A stretch of DNA of 57,419 nt, the filler included, from Sphacelaria rigidula (taxonomy: Eukaryota): the NCBI GenBank assembly GCA_964200075.2. It is 5 parts of 5 records of this genome, joined end to end, with 100 filler letters (N's around TTAATTAATTAA, not from the genome) between each part and the next. Parts side by side here need not be neighbours in the genome. Positions count along the whole stretch, not along the records: positions 34,516 to 45,917 come from CAXNAA020004958.1; positions 46,018 to 57,419 come from CAXNAA020004959.1; 3 more parts are not named here. One strand, 5' to 3'. The translations under genes and the position numbers were made by a program. Of the stretch, positions 36,580-49,061 are shown in pieces; positions within the stretch are counted from its first letter, which is position 1, and each line of letters opens with the position of its first letter. The notes beneath the pieces were generated by a model. It saw nothing but the letters and a program-made list of their open reading frames with translations. It searched no databases and was not told the origin of the DNA.

Positions 36580-37120
36580 TCATGCATTATGAACGGTACT
36601 TATCAGCATATTCATGAGATTGGGAATGTTTTTATCTCTCGGTCCGGGAGGTTTTTCGTGATTTACACCGAGGCGATCAAAGCGTCCGATAACCACCGTC
36701 ACGCCCCTGAAAACCCGTGATCTCACAAGTTTTGGTTGAAAACAAATCGAGTTGACGTGGTCAGTGCAGAGTGATGAGGGACAATTTGTCCACAGAATAA
36801 TTGCACATTTTCCGTCGTATCTCGTGAAAGGCGTCACAAACTTGAAGTCTAATTGCATCAAAACTCCCGTCACATCACGGACTTTCAGGGGGTTGACGCC
36901 CGCTTTGAGCGGTTTGATCGTCTTGGCGTATATCACGATAAACCTCCTGTTTCGGAACTAACTCCGTTCCTGAACTCATAAAAATGTTGTTGTGAGTGAC
37001 CCTGCATTTATGCTCCCTAAGCATCGGACGGTAACCTGATGTAATTCGTTGTCGTTCGTTGAACAAATTGCGCTCTAGTACATGAATTGTTACCATTAAG
37101 GAAGGTTCATTGAGACAAAA
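36580..37120 (-). pseudogene. Degenerate D5-like SF3 helicase fragment (virus/Polinton-like origin)
   Basis: FRNRRFIVI...KVRDVTG...KFVTPFTRYDGKCAIILWTNCP resembles the Walker B, B' and motif C segment of D5/P4-type primase-helicases. In-frame stops upstream, no introns. Confidence 0.45.
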
Positions 37121-37586
37121 CATCGCTACTACCAGCGCCAGCCTCCAAACCTCACCCTTCTCTAGTACGAGATTATTGTTTCGGTTTCCCGAATTGACCT
37201 GATGGAACTATATCGCGGTGACGTGCGGACTCCAGACCCCTCCTGGACTCAGAACAAGGTCACAAGACTGCTCCAAGGGCTTCCTCCTTCTCTAGGGCTT
37301 GTCGACTTCAAGACAGATGTTGTTCACAAAGACACAGTCTTCGTTATCGAAGGTGATCTTGCACTTCCGTGGACACATCTACCGTCAAACAGTCATAGTC
37401 ATACTCCAGGGAATATCTCATGACCTAATATCATGATGTAAAGTTCGTATCCAACCCTCCATGCTTTAACCTGCAGCCCCTCCTTCACCTGCACGTGCAC
37501 TAGAGGTGGACTACTCTACAGGACCAGCCTGCTGATCCACGCTCCGCCGCGAGAACGAACCGTGAAAATAAATACTGCATAATAGC

Positions 37587-37840
37587 GCGATGCCGCGATG
37601 GTCCTCCTCGGAGAAATGGCTGGTTTGAGGAGGCAAACTGTACATGTGAATCCGAGTGACAAAAGTCGAGCACACCGAGCAGCTGGGACTTTCCCACGTT
37701 TGGGGATCGTTTACGTCAATGTCTCCCATGTGAGGTGCTTCAGGCAGTCCGAAACCAACCATCATAGATCGTACACTGTATGGCAACTTTCGTCGTGACA
37801 ATTTCGCGGCTGGTTTGGGCGGGTGCTATCTCGGCATCAC
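37587..37840. mobile_element. MITE family V core with alternative TIR
   Basis: gcgatgccgcgatgg / ctatctcggcatcac termini. Core matches the other V copies. Confidence 0.7.
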
Positions 37841-38332
37841 TTAATATATTACCTCGAATCTTAAGACGGAACCAAGTTCTACGAAATAATCATGTATATT
37901 CCGGAAGTTGAACTCACAAGCTTTCTTCCGTTTGGAAACCTTTCGTCAGCTATGCCATGGGTGCAACGGTTCCACAGGAAAAGTGGAATGCTTCCCCCAA
38001 GTTGAAGGATTTTGAGCTGAATTGGTACACCGCTTTTCACATCAATACCCAGAATCATACCGCCTTCGCCAAGTACATATATTTAATATATATATATGTA
38101 TATATTTGTTGGGATATGGCATTTCAAAATTTTGTCAGAAACTTGAACGGGTCCAAAATATGTTCTTTCTACTCTATTTCACTGAATATTCCGACTTCGT
38201 CTTGTTGAAGCAGACCTTGTGTCGAATTATCAGAATCCAACTCTTGAAACGGGGCGTGTAAAGCTGGTCAACAACTGAAAAATGCTTCAAGCTGGCCCAG
38301 CCATATGTACTCGCTGTTTCTGGCGCACTCAC

Positions 38333-38385
38333 CAAACGGCGTCACTGCCGAGGCGTATCGAATGACATAAAAACCGGAATGTTTG
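38333..38385 (-). CDS. Candidate second exon of an unidentified gene
   Basis: Bounded by ctccctcatcctag| and |GTGAGT. Open in phase with the 39566 exon: (T)KHSGFYVIRYASAVTPF. Confidence 0.3.
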
Positions 38386-38626
38386 CTAGGATGAGGGAGA
38401 CAAGACGCAACAAATGAGCGTCGAATACAACGTCAACTGCAAAAAAAAAAACTTCACCAGAAACGGCAACAGTTAGGAATGATTGCAAATGGTTTGGATG
38501 AAGTACTGTTGTCACGACGAAAATCAGGGGGGGGGCGGGGGATCTGATAACTGGAACCTTTCGACATACCATAACCCACAGATGAGTCGGCACGAGAACG
38601 TCCCACACAACGTATCTACAGTAACA

Positions 38627-39068
38627 AACACCGGATCTTACAAATTGGGGATGGATCTTTTATTGGGATGAGGAACGCGGAGAAATAAAAGCTTCGTATG
38701 CACACCAAATCTTCGAACTATGGTTTTATTTCTTCATCTGCTGACAGCTATTGACAACCGCTACACGCCATACAAATTTGGACTTCCATCACCAAAATGT
38801 TGGGGTCCTAGGTGAAAAATCAATTATGGGGATATTCCGGTGTCCGAACGGACGCCAAAATGGTTCCGAAATTGGTTTTTCACCTAGAACCCCAACATTT
38901 TGGTGATCAAAATCCAAGATTGTATGGCGTGTAGCAGTTGTCAATAGCCATCAGTAAGTGAAGAAATGGAACCATATTTCAAAGTTTTTTTGTGCATACG
39001 AAGATTTCAATCCTCCGGGTTTCCCGTCCCCAATAAAAGATCCATCCCCAATTTGTAAGATCCCGTGT
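38627..39068. mobile_element. MITE family Z
   Basis: ~440-bp palindrome with TIR ggatcttacaaattggggatggatc. Confidence 0.9.
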
Positions 39069-39565
39069 TAACAGCCTTGTCATGCTTACGCGAAGGATGT
39101 ATACTGCCCCCTATGGCGCAGTTTACACCCTGTTGTGTTGGTAGTCCACCGATGCACGGAACATCGGGCGAGGGGGGTAATTACTTCGAGCGAAAGTTAC
39201 AAGTTACCGTCATGGAGGAAACGTGGATGATAAGACCACAGCAGTATGGCCTGTTCGAGCAATGTGCATAACATGTGAATTCGAAGCAGTGGGATTCAAG
39301 GAGGCAACATGATCGGAATTCATCTACCGTAGCCAATATCGTTTGATCCCCCCCCCTTTTCCGACCCCGATTTTCGATAAAGTTTTTCACGAGAGATTAC
39401 TCGATAAAAACCAACGATCCGTTCCATCAAGAGCGCGTCATCAATGATGTAGAAGGGAAGGTACGAAGAACCCGAACATGATCACTCTTCCCCCTTAACC
39501 TATCGACTAACTCCCGCCCCCGCCCCCGCCCCCTCTACCGGAACCCGGGTCGAGGGTGGTCTTAC

Positions 39566-39648
39566 GTGCCGAGAAACGCCACCACGGCCGCAACGAACAG
39601 CATGTTCATATTGCTCACGCCCCGAATCACCGGTCGAGGGCAGGTCAT
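39566..39648 (-). CDS. Candidate first coding exon with signal-peptide-like segment
   Basis: MTCPRPVIRGVSNMNMLFVAAVVAFLG(T) ending at a GTAAGA donor. Confidence 0.3.
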
Positions 39649-40941
39649 CTGGGCCACCTTGACGGCGACTGCCGCCAACACAAAGTGCGGGAGGGGACAA
39701 CAGACATAGGATATGCACGAGAGACAGTGCGCGAGGAGTGAGATAACGAACACGACGCGGAGCGAAAAACTTGAGGTAGATGCATATCAGACCGGAGGAA
39801 TCAGGGGGAAGGGGGAGGTTCAGCAGAGGGTTACGTCCCTGGAATGAACGTCACGAGCCTCCTTGACAAATGACTATGGTCCGCTCTAAATTTATCCGTC
39901 GACAGGCGTCACGTAGTTACTTGACGTATTTACTCGACGATCACTTGTTAACATGAACTGTACGCTACACGGAAGGGACACCGTTACCGTCGGAAGATGT
40001 AAATGGCGTGCAAGAGAAACACGTGGTGCTCACCTGTTGAAGACAGAATCCATACGACCAGCACTCGCAATTCTGGCGATATCGCGAAAATATCGTCAGC
40101 TTTCCTGTTGGATGGAACGAACGTTTAAGGGCCAAAAATTGATGAAACGCGAGAAAAACAACAAGGGCAACGGCAACAGACGTCGGGAACAAGGATGTGG
40201 TCGACTTCATTGTGATGAGCAACCATCCACGCCCTGTTGCACACGAAATACGAGTAATCAATGTTTGTTCAAAAGTATGAGGTACAAATGGCGTGAACGC
40301 CTTCATCGAAGTCATCAAGAACGTCCTGTCGAGAAGCACCATACAGTAACAGACTACGCCCGCCATGCTTGTACATGAGCGGACAAGCAACAATTAAGCA
40401 ATGCCTGAACGTATTTCCGCCAGATTGTGGATACATGGTGTACTCGGGGCCCATACCTGCTGGATTCAGGCCATGCAATTGGCCGAAACCGCCCCATACA
40501 TGCGTTCTTGAGGGAGAAACCGCAACAGGTGTGCGCTCAAGTCTTCCGTTTTTTCCCCAGGCCTATACCTGAATTTCGGAAAGTACCTTGATCTGACATA
40601 AATTTTACGCAGTGTATACATACCCGTTTGTTACAAAAAAAGGCGGAAGGCATACACCAAAGTTTGTCGTTTTCATGCATACCCTCACCCGAACTTCGAG
40701 GCGTTCCTCACGGAAATTCACCTCAATGTCGCGGATTCAAGCTGGAATGCCAAGCAGTAGCCTGCAAACAAACTAGACAAACCTTGTAAATGTTTTTCTC
40801 GCGTATTCATCTTCCCGAGCACTTTAACTAGATAGAGTCGTTAGATTTTGGTTTCCTCAGCAGCTCGTGCTCAGGACACAACTCCCCAAGTTGGAGTTTG
40901 CGGGGAAATACGAAGGAAGTGTTTGTCAGGAGGGTGTTATT

Positions 40942-41177
40942 CGTAATGCGTGAGAGGACCGCGTGCTATGAGGACCGCATCGGAAGTTGAACATCCCTAC
41001 GGGTGGATTTAGGGTTACGGTTAGTGTTGGGGTTGGGGTCAGGGGCGTGGTCCCTTCACTACTGCACGGGCTGCACTGTAATAATCTTGGCCAAAACAAA
41101 CTGCGATGGCCCATTGAAAAACAAAATGGATGGTGGGGGGACTGCATGACCCAACGAACGACCCTCTCGACATTTTA
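40942..41177. mobile_element. MITE family W (diverged)
   Basis: Starts gtaatgcgtgagaggaccgcgtgct and has an internal TTAGGG-like tract. Confidence 0.7.
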
Positions 41178-42856
41178 AAAGTACCTTACTGCGCACTGCT
41201 GGTGTTTGCCTGCGCGATCCTGATTTCTGTGTGGCCGTGCACCGCTACTGTGCTGTGCCGTCTGTACATGCACGTCCCGCACTTTGTGCGTAATACCAGT
41301 CCTTGGCATCGACAAAATTGATAGTAGTCCGTGCTGTAATGTCGCCTGTCTTCTCCCCGCCTGCACGGGTTCCGCTCACACGTGGCTCCTTTTCCCCGCA
41401 CTCTCTCGTCACAGTACTAGCACCCGCATCCCCAGATATTGTAGCAGAAGACCTCCCAGTGTGTCGCCGAAGTGCTCTTTAACACCCGTGGGACACCGAA
41501 ACAAGCGACGAGACTGCTCCATACCATCAACTTCAAACGTTTCCCTATCGAATGGTACCGCAAGGAGAAAACTTAAAGATACTCCCGTAATTCCCACCGC
41601 TGCGATTGACCTACGTTACGGTAGAGACGTCGACAGCTCATGGGTAGTGCCATCGGTGCCATGACTCGGGCAAACAGCGACAAGATCAAGATGCCCAGAA
41701 ACGAGATCCCATCTTCTGCCACTAGTCGTGACGAAGGTAAAAAACACGAAAAAAAGGACGTACAAAAGCTAGACGCCGTGAAAGCGTCGGAGTCGTACCA
41801 CCAGGAAAGAGAGGAGTGTGAGGGAGCAGTCGACGCCCGCAGAGCTCAACCCCGCGAGTGGAGATAAGTTATCAGGGGGACATACCGTGGTGTGGCCATT
41901 GCTTGGATGCGCGGGCCATCACGGCGTCTCTCGTACGACGTGCGGTAAAACTGTTTTAGTTGTGGCTGCACACAAAACCCGGCATCGCGACTGTGCAGTA
42001 CGTGCCACCGACTGAGCAATGACGAAGACTAGGCGTTGCGGCATCTAGGTGCGACATGCATAATGGAGGCGCAACAGTATTGGGAGTCGAATGCGGGAGC
42101 CGTTAGCTCTCACCCGCCAGCGCTTGTAGACTCTGACCACCATTGTTACCAAGGACAGGCATACGAATGTAGACAGAATCGCGTGGCAGGCATGTTCACG
42201 GCTGTTTGATGGATCGCAGGTCTGCGGGTTCGACCAGTGTGGACTGTGTGAGTGTTTTACCTCGATCGAACATGACGTCAGGTTTTACTTTGTTGGAGAG
42301 AAACTGAGATGTTGCTCTTCAGAACAATGAACAGCCAAGCTTGATATGCGAATAACCACAGCTGGTAAGGTCTACATCCCCTAGTAAAGAAGCGTCCCCA
42401 CGTACCTGTCTGGTCTTGAGTGCAAAAGTCAGGAATACATGTTTGGTGGGTCCGCTGAAAGACGGCTGACACATCAAAGGCGGGACGTCTACAGGCCTGG
42501 TCAGTTGGCATCAGACCGTACCAACTCAGAGCGTGTCTACGTCAAGAGGGGATGGTAGAAGCAGAGCCAAAACCATCATGAGGCAGTGCTAAAGCGAGCT
42601 GTAGTGTCGCTCGTGCGCGAGAGGGCTGGTGAAAGTGTAATTGAAATTCAAACACCCAAAGACCGACGTGTTGGGAGGACCGCGCGGACGTCTTCAATGC
42701 AGGGATCACGCCCCGAGCAAACCTTGGCCGCGCACATATCGAGCCAGGGGTAGCCGAGCCAGGCGAGGTGACTAGAGCGACACAACGACGACGCAGTGTG
42801 CCTCGGAAGGAAAGAGAGCGAGGATATCAAAACTTTAAGATTCAGGCACTCGCAAC

Positions 42857-43756
42857 TCGCGTGAAGGTCACTCTCTCATATGGTTTGTGGTGGAAGAGAG
42901 TTGGCACCAGCATATGTGAGGGAGGTGTCAGCGCCTACCATATCACGATGCTGACCTCAACGACAAACTGATGCTCCGTTCTTGGAAGTACCAGATGCCG
43001 AGACGACCCATGTGCTCGGTACTCGCAGGTACCGGATGCCGTAACGACCGACCGTTCAGCCCCGTGCGTACAGGTACCAGGCACCGAGACGACCCATCCA
43101 CGCGGTGCTTGCAGGTACTGAGTAAGGTTTGCATGCGGTCCACTTCGTCATTCCAGGTAGCTTCGAGGTAAGCACACGGTACAGACCAAGCCCTTGCGAT
43201 GTCATCTTCGCGAGAGAGAAAAGGCAAGATTCGTGGTCTTGTCGTGTTTGTTCACCTTGAAGTTGCCTTGAATGTCAAAGCGGACCGCATGCAAGACCAC
43301 ATTTCAATACCTGCACGCACCGAGCAGATGGGTCGTCTCGGCATCTGGTACCTGTAAGCACGGGGATGGAGGATCGTTGCGGTATCTGGTACCTGTAAAT
43401 ACGGAGCACACGAGTCGCCTCGGCATTTGGTACCTGTAATGCGTGAGAGGACCGCGTGCTTAGATGGCCGGATAAGAGTTTGAACATCGCCATGGTTAGG
43501 GTCAGGGTTAGGGTCGTAGTCCCTGTAGGGACTGGCTTGATTGTTTTTGAAAAACGTCGATCCTGAAGTGTTTCGAACACTGGTGCGGTCCTTTAAGCAC
43601 GCAGTCCTCTCACGCATTACAGTACCTTCAAGTACGGGACATCCGTTTGTCAATGTTGTCAGCATAGCGACGTTGTAGGCACCGACACCTCCCTGAAATC
43701 CCCCGGTGCCAAGTCGTTTCCACCACAAACCACACGAGAGCGTGTCTCCCACGCGA
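42857..43756. repeat. Long inverted repeat (hairpin 4) with internal ~42-bp tandem units
   Basis: Arms ~330 bp after removing MITE W, each with about three gtacc.g..gcc units. Loop ~43190-43240. Confidence 0.9.
43435..43621. mobile_element. MITE family W with 5-bp TSD
   Basis: TIR tgtaatgcgtgagaggac(c/t)gcgtgctta with GTACC on both sides. Confidence 0.9.
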
Positions 43757-43774
43757 ATGAAGTTGTCATGCTGC

Positions 43775-43979
43775 TGTAATGCGTGAGAGGACCGCGTCTT
43801 TAGACGACCGCATCAGAATTTGAACAGCCCTATGGTTTGGGTGAGGGTTTGTGTTTGGGTCAGGGTCAGGGGCGTGGTCCCTGAAGGGACTGGCCCGATT
43901 GATTTAGGAAAACGCCGATCCTAAGGTGTTTCGAACTACGATGCGGTGTCCCAAGCACGCGGTCCTCTCACGCATTACA
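43775..43979. mobile_element. MITE family W
   Basis: Perfect TIR tgtaatgcgtgagaggaccgcgt. Confidence 0.9.
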
Positions 43980-45228
43980 ACTTGCTCCTCCACAACGTTA
44001 CTCAACCCGGCGTTCACCACAACAGCAAGCACCTCAGGTGACAGGTTCATTGTAGTCCTCCAAACCGCTCCGGCGAAACGGCAGAACACGAACTACACTC
44101 TCATACACAGTATAGAACAGCGTTTCCGCTCGAACATTCGCTCCTCGCAACACAAGTTCAGCAACAGCTCGCATCCGCATGAGACAGCCCATCTCATCAA
44201 CAATCTCCATTCCGTACCGCCCAACTCAATTGACAAATCCGGTCCCCAAATAGATACTTGCGCATTACAAAACGCTTATTCTTCACTCACGTTTTCAGAG
44301 GAAACGAGGAGCGAAACAGGACCAACCACCCAGTCCTGCACAGCAATACTTCCTTTGGCGCCAAAAGACCCTCATCAAACACTCCACGGCGCAATCATAG
44401 AATTACTTCTGTCATCGCCGCCTAACACGCCAATGCTGTCCATACAACGAGCAATGGTACGACTACTCCAACACTACGCAAGCCTCGACTTTACCGCAGG
44501 AATTGTAATCGACAATAGCATCAGAAGCCTATAGCTTGCTCTGTCAACCCATTTCACGCGGGTCACTCTCTCCTGGTGCTCTGAGCATGCGCGGCGTTTC
44601 GTCGTCAGCTACACGCTGGTCCGGCGGCAACTTCGTCAACCCGGCATCCACCTTTCCTTAAAGCGATATCCCTGAGAATCATCTGATCGATATCTCGCCA
44701 TATCACTGGCGTAGATATATTTTCCATGAGCATGACCAGCTCCAAGTTTTCTCTGCTCTCGCATTACGCAGATACCACACCCCTGCAGCTCCGAGCATGC
44801 AAGGCGTGTCCTCAGTTACACGCTGGTCCAGCGGCGCGCTGGTCCAGCGGCGATCATTTGGGACCTTCGCCTTTCAATGCGTTCTCATCAACCCATGTAG
44901 GCTCCACCCTTTTCAACATTAGCGGCAGCGGCAGCAGGATCAACTATCCCCGCTCCAGCCGCCACCTTCTGCCCCGCTCGCTCCTTGACGGCAATACTGG
45001 CAACTGTACTTGCTTTAGCGTTGTTAAATCCCTTCCACAGCACTACCAACGCCTACCAAATCACCTCTTCCTACTGTACTCTCACAGGCCGCGCTGCCCT
45101 GTTTGTTCCTACGGACGGACACATACACGCTGTGTCACTTCGCTGCACAAACAATGCAGGCAGCTACCCCGCGACCTTGCTTCAGACGCGGGTGTGCTCG
45201 AACTGCTGCACTCTCAGCAGCCGTGCTA

Positions 45229-45651
45229 ACACGGGGTTCTACAAATTGGAGGTGGATTTTTCATTGAGGATGAGAACCCGGAGAATCCAAATCTTCGCAT
45301 CCGCACCAAATCTTTGAAATATAGTTCCACTTCTGCATCCACTGGTAACTATTGACAACTAATACACGACATAGAAATTTCGATCCTGACAACCGAAATG
45401 TAGGGGTCCTAGGTGAAGAAACAATTTTGAGGAAGTTAGATAGTCTGATCTGATCGCCGAAATTTCCCTCCATTGGTTGTTCCTGCTTATCGAAATCAAA
45501 TGTTTCATGGCGTGTAGTAGTTCTTAGCATCTACCAGCAAGTCAAGAGATGGAACCATATTTCGAAGATGTGGTGTTGATACAAATATTTCGATTCTCCG
45601 AAATTCTCATTCTCAAAAAAATAATCATCCACAATTTGTAAAATTCCGCGT
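45229..45651. mobile_element. MITE family Z (diverged)
   Basis: acacggggttctacaaattgg ... acaatttgtaaaattccgcgt. Confidence 0.8.
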
Positions 45652-45917
45652 TTATCGTCGTGTCTGTTCCGTCGGACAGGTACATGCTGTGTTACCTTCT
45701 TACCCTTCAAAGTGCAGGCAGCTGCCCGCCTTGATGCTTTAGATGCGAGTGAGCTTGAAAGGAGCCACGTTTGCTCGAACGAGCTTGTTATTGATACATA
45801 ACGCCCGTTCATACCGATTGACACCGTTTTGAACCAAATTCAAGCGCACCGCGAGTGTGGCAGGTCGTCTGACACACTTTTGAGCCTCTTTTTTCGTGCA
45901 ATCAAATACCCCCTCCC

Positions 45918-46017
45918 NNNNNNNNNNNNNNNNNNNNNNNNNNNNNNNNNNNNNNNNNNNNTTAATTAATTAANNNNNNNNNNNNNNNNNNNNNNNNNNN
46001 NNNNNNNNNNNNNNNNN
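45918..46017. other. Artificial contig spacer
   Basis: N44-TTAATTAATTAA-N44. Confidence 0.97.
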
Positions 46018-46072
46018 CTCTGAACCAGACAAAATTTCGCGAAAAAAGTGCACCCCTACCGTAGCATTGCTC
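46018..46072. mobile_element. MITE family X right end, abutting Copia pol
   Basis: gaaccagacaa...gtgcacccctaccgtagcattgctc matches 12528-12579. Confidence 0.85.
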
Positions 46073-48982
46073 AAAGGTATACCTCATCAGACTAAAAATA
46101 GAGCTCAAACCAAGCTCGGTAGAGTTTTCGTAGACCTAGGAGGCAGAAAAGAAATTGCATCTGTAGGGGGGAAACACTACCCAATGATCATCAAGGACGA
46201 TTACAGCCGAAAATCCTGGCTGTATTTCTTGAAACGTAAGGTTGATTCTGATCAGGCTTTCAACTGTTTCCTCGCAGATGTGCGAGCGGACGGATTTCCT
46301 TCAATAGTACAGATAGTAAGATCTGACAACGTAGGAGAGTTTTTCGGGGATAATTTCAGAACAGTATGTGATAATCTGTTGATAAAGCAGGAATTTACCC
46401 CCGCCAATAGTCCCCAGTTCAACGGCGTTACGGAGTGCGCTTTAGGAATCATTGAAGCGACGGCAATGGCGGCAAGGATTCAGGCGAAGGTATTGTTCGG
46501 TCATGTTCAGCTGCCGAAGACCGAGAAGCTGTGGGCCGAGGCAATGCATTGGGCATGTGAACAGCTCAACTACACTGCTTCGACGTCCAACCCGGACAAC
46601 AAATCACCTGACGAAATGTGGTTCGGGACGGCTATGCCAGCCAGTCCATATCCCTTTCTCTCAAGCCAGCCTACTGCCGATGGAAGCGGCCATCCAAGCT
46701 GCTGCCTAAGGCGGAGAGTTTCTTCTATCTCGGGGCTTCGCGCGAGCACCCGCGCGACTCTTACCGTGTGCTAACGCGGGAAGGGCAAGTTGTCGAGACC
46801 CGAGACATCACGTGGGAAGCATCGCCGCAGTCTCTCCCGCCCCCGCAAACACTGACGACAGTGGAATCGGGAGGGGGGGATGAACCCTGCGACGATGAGT
46901 TGGCAGAAGTGTGGCCGCTGACAGGAAGAGGATTTCCCCACGTGCGGCTACCGGCCCAGGGGGTGGGGGACAGTCAGCAACCAGCAGAGGCGGTGGAATA
47001 TCCACTACCGCTGGACGCTCCATCACCATCAGCATCATCATCCAGAGGCCAGTCGTCATCAACACCGCCCTCGCCATCTCTCGACGACCGATCAGCATCT
47101 GCGTCACCATCATCTCGCAGCAGCAAGTCATCAGCACCTGCATCGTCCTCCAGCAACAGCAGCGACGCTATTCCTGATGGAGAAAGTGTGCCAGTGCGAA
47201 CACGCAAGGTGCAGCTCGAGGCGTACAACGTGGTTCCACATGACGATGAAGAATGCAGGGAGGGCAGGACGCGAGCACAAACGCGGGCGCTGAACCAGCA
47301 ACAAGGGATCGGTTTGCTAACTTCGCTGGAGCCCATCAACGGGGACCAAGCCCTTGCGTGCGCTGATTGCTGAGCAGAGAACATTGAAGAATAAGCCGAA
47401 CGAGATACCTGCCGAACATGCCAAAGAGCCAGAGCCCACAACGATTGCCGAAGCCCGCGCCTCTGCACATGCTGACCTTTGGGAGGGGGCTATGAATTTT
47501 GAGGTCGAGGGGTTGCTTGCAGCAGGGACTTTTATACCTTAGTAGGATCGGTTCCGGAAGGGAGTAACATAGTGAAAGCTAAATGGGTTTTCAAGTGGAA
47601 AACTGATGTCACCGGCGAAATCTTGAAGGCAAAGGCTAGGCTTGTAGCAAAACGTTTTAGTCAACAGTACGAGATTGATTTCCTGGAGGTGTTTTCACCT
47701 ACTGCGAATGCTGCAATAATTCGTCTCCTCGTAGTGTTGGCAAACGCGTATGGATGGGATCTTAGTCATTTCGACATCGAGCAGGAGTTCATTCAATCGG
47801 ATTTGGACAATGAGATATATATGAGGCTGCCCCCAGGTTGCGGATCAATGTCAGGAAAACTTTTCCGCCTTAACAGATCCATTTATGGATTTAAACAGAG
47901 CGCCAGACAATTCTACAAACTGTTAGTGTCGAGACTTGTGAAAATTGGTTTCGAACAGTGCCTGTCGAATCCATTCATATTGCGATTGCTAGTGGATGGT
48001 AAGTTGGTAGGAGCAGTCGTTTTGCATGTACATGATATCATTTTTGGCGGGGCAAGTAGTGTGGGTAAGATAGTGGTGGAAGCACTAAATAAATGACACA
48101 CTGCCAACTAAGCATTTGAGCGATCTCACATGGTACATGGGAGTGGAGGACAAGCATGACAAGGAGAACCGGGTTATCGAATTGTCACAGACAAGTTACA
48201 TTAGAAGCGTACTTGCACGTTTTGATATTTACCGCTCCAGCTCTCTTCCCGCTCTACTTCTATGAATCTCAGGTCTGTGAATGACGACAAAGGTGTCAAG
48301 GATGTGCCGTTTCGCGAAATGGTGGGTTGTTTGATGTGGATTGCCAATCAAACCAGACCTGACATCTCCAACGCAGTAAGGGCCGTGGCGCGACACTCGC
48401 ACGACCCGAAGGAAACCCACTGGAAGGCAATACGAAAGATTTTCGAGTACCTGCATTCAACGGCGGACCTAGGGCTGACATATCGTGTAGGACCTGGTGT
48501 AGACATAAGAACAACAGTGTATGTGGATGCGGACTACGGGAAGGATGACGAGGCAGGCGAGGAGATCGGTATCGGGTGGTGCAGTTTTGTGCGGTAGATC
48601 ACCAGTACCATGGTACTCCAGGACGCAGAAGGGCGTTACACTTTCGACCACGGAAGCAGAGTATGTGGCTATGGGGGATGGTGTCAAAGAAGCTTTGTTT
48701 ATAGACGGCATTGTGGATTTTCTTTTAGTTGACAGGAAAGCAAGGACCATCAGGGTGTTGGAGGATAACGAGGATGCGATTGCTTTAGCTGAAAATCCAA
48801 TAAGCTCGTCGAACAGCAAGCATATAGATATTTGTCATCATTTTCTGATGGAGTTAGTGGATAAAGAGAGGATAACGTTGGAACACGTACGGAGTAACGA
48901 GCGACACGCTGATATTCTGACCAAAGCGTTACCTCGCCGAGCTTTCGTCCACCATCGAAATTTTTTGTTGGATATCGAGTGA
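46073..48982 (+). pseudogene. Copia pol (integrase, reverse transcriptase, RNase H) with frameshifts and stops
   Basis: Integrase: VFVDLGG, KDDYSR, RSDNVGEF, PQFNGV. RT: KWVFKWK, KARLVAK, IYGFKQS, LHVHDII, TRPDIS. RNase H: YVDADY, STTEAEY, EDN, KHID, ADILTK. Confidence 0.95.
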
Positions 48983-49052
48983 AGCAATATCTATTTGTTG
49001 AGAGTTCTGAGAGTTGATCAAAGAAAACTACTTATTGATGTAGCAAATGCCC

Positions 49053-49061
49053 AAGGGAGGG
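49053..49061 (+). promoter_or_regulatory. Polypurine tract
   Basis: AAGGGAGGG directly before the TG of the LTR. Confidence 0.75.

Noticed and set aside
39566-39648. Targeting-peptide exon of clpP
   Set aside because: It lies on a different contig from the clpP exons and lacks a clear ASAF-type plastid motif.
43980-44720. Copia gag/protease belonging to the element at 46073
   Set aside because: Different contig, opposite strand, and motifs too weak to call.
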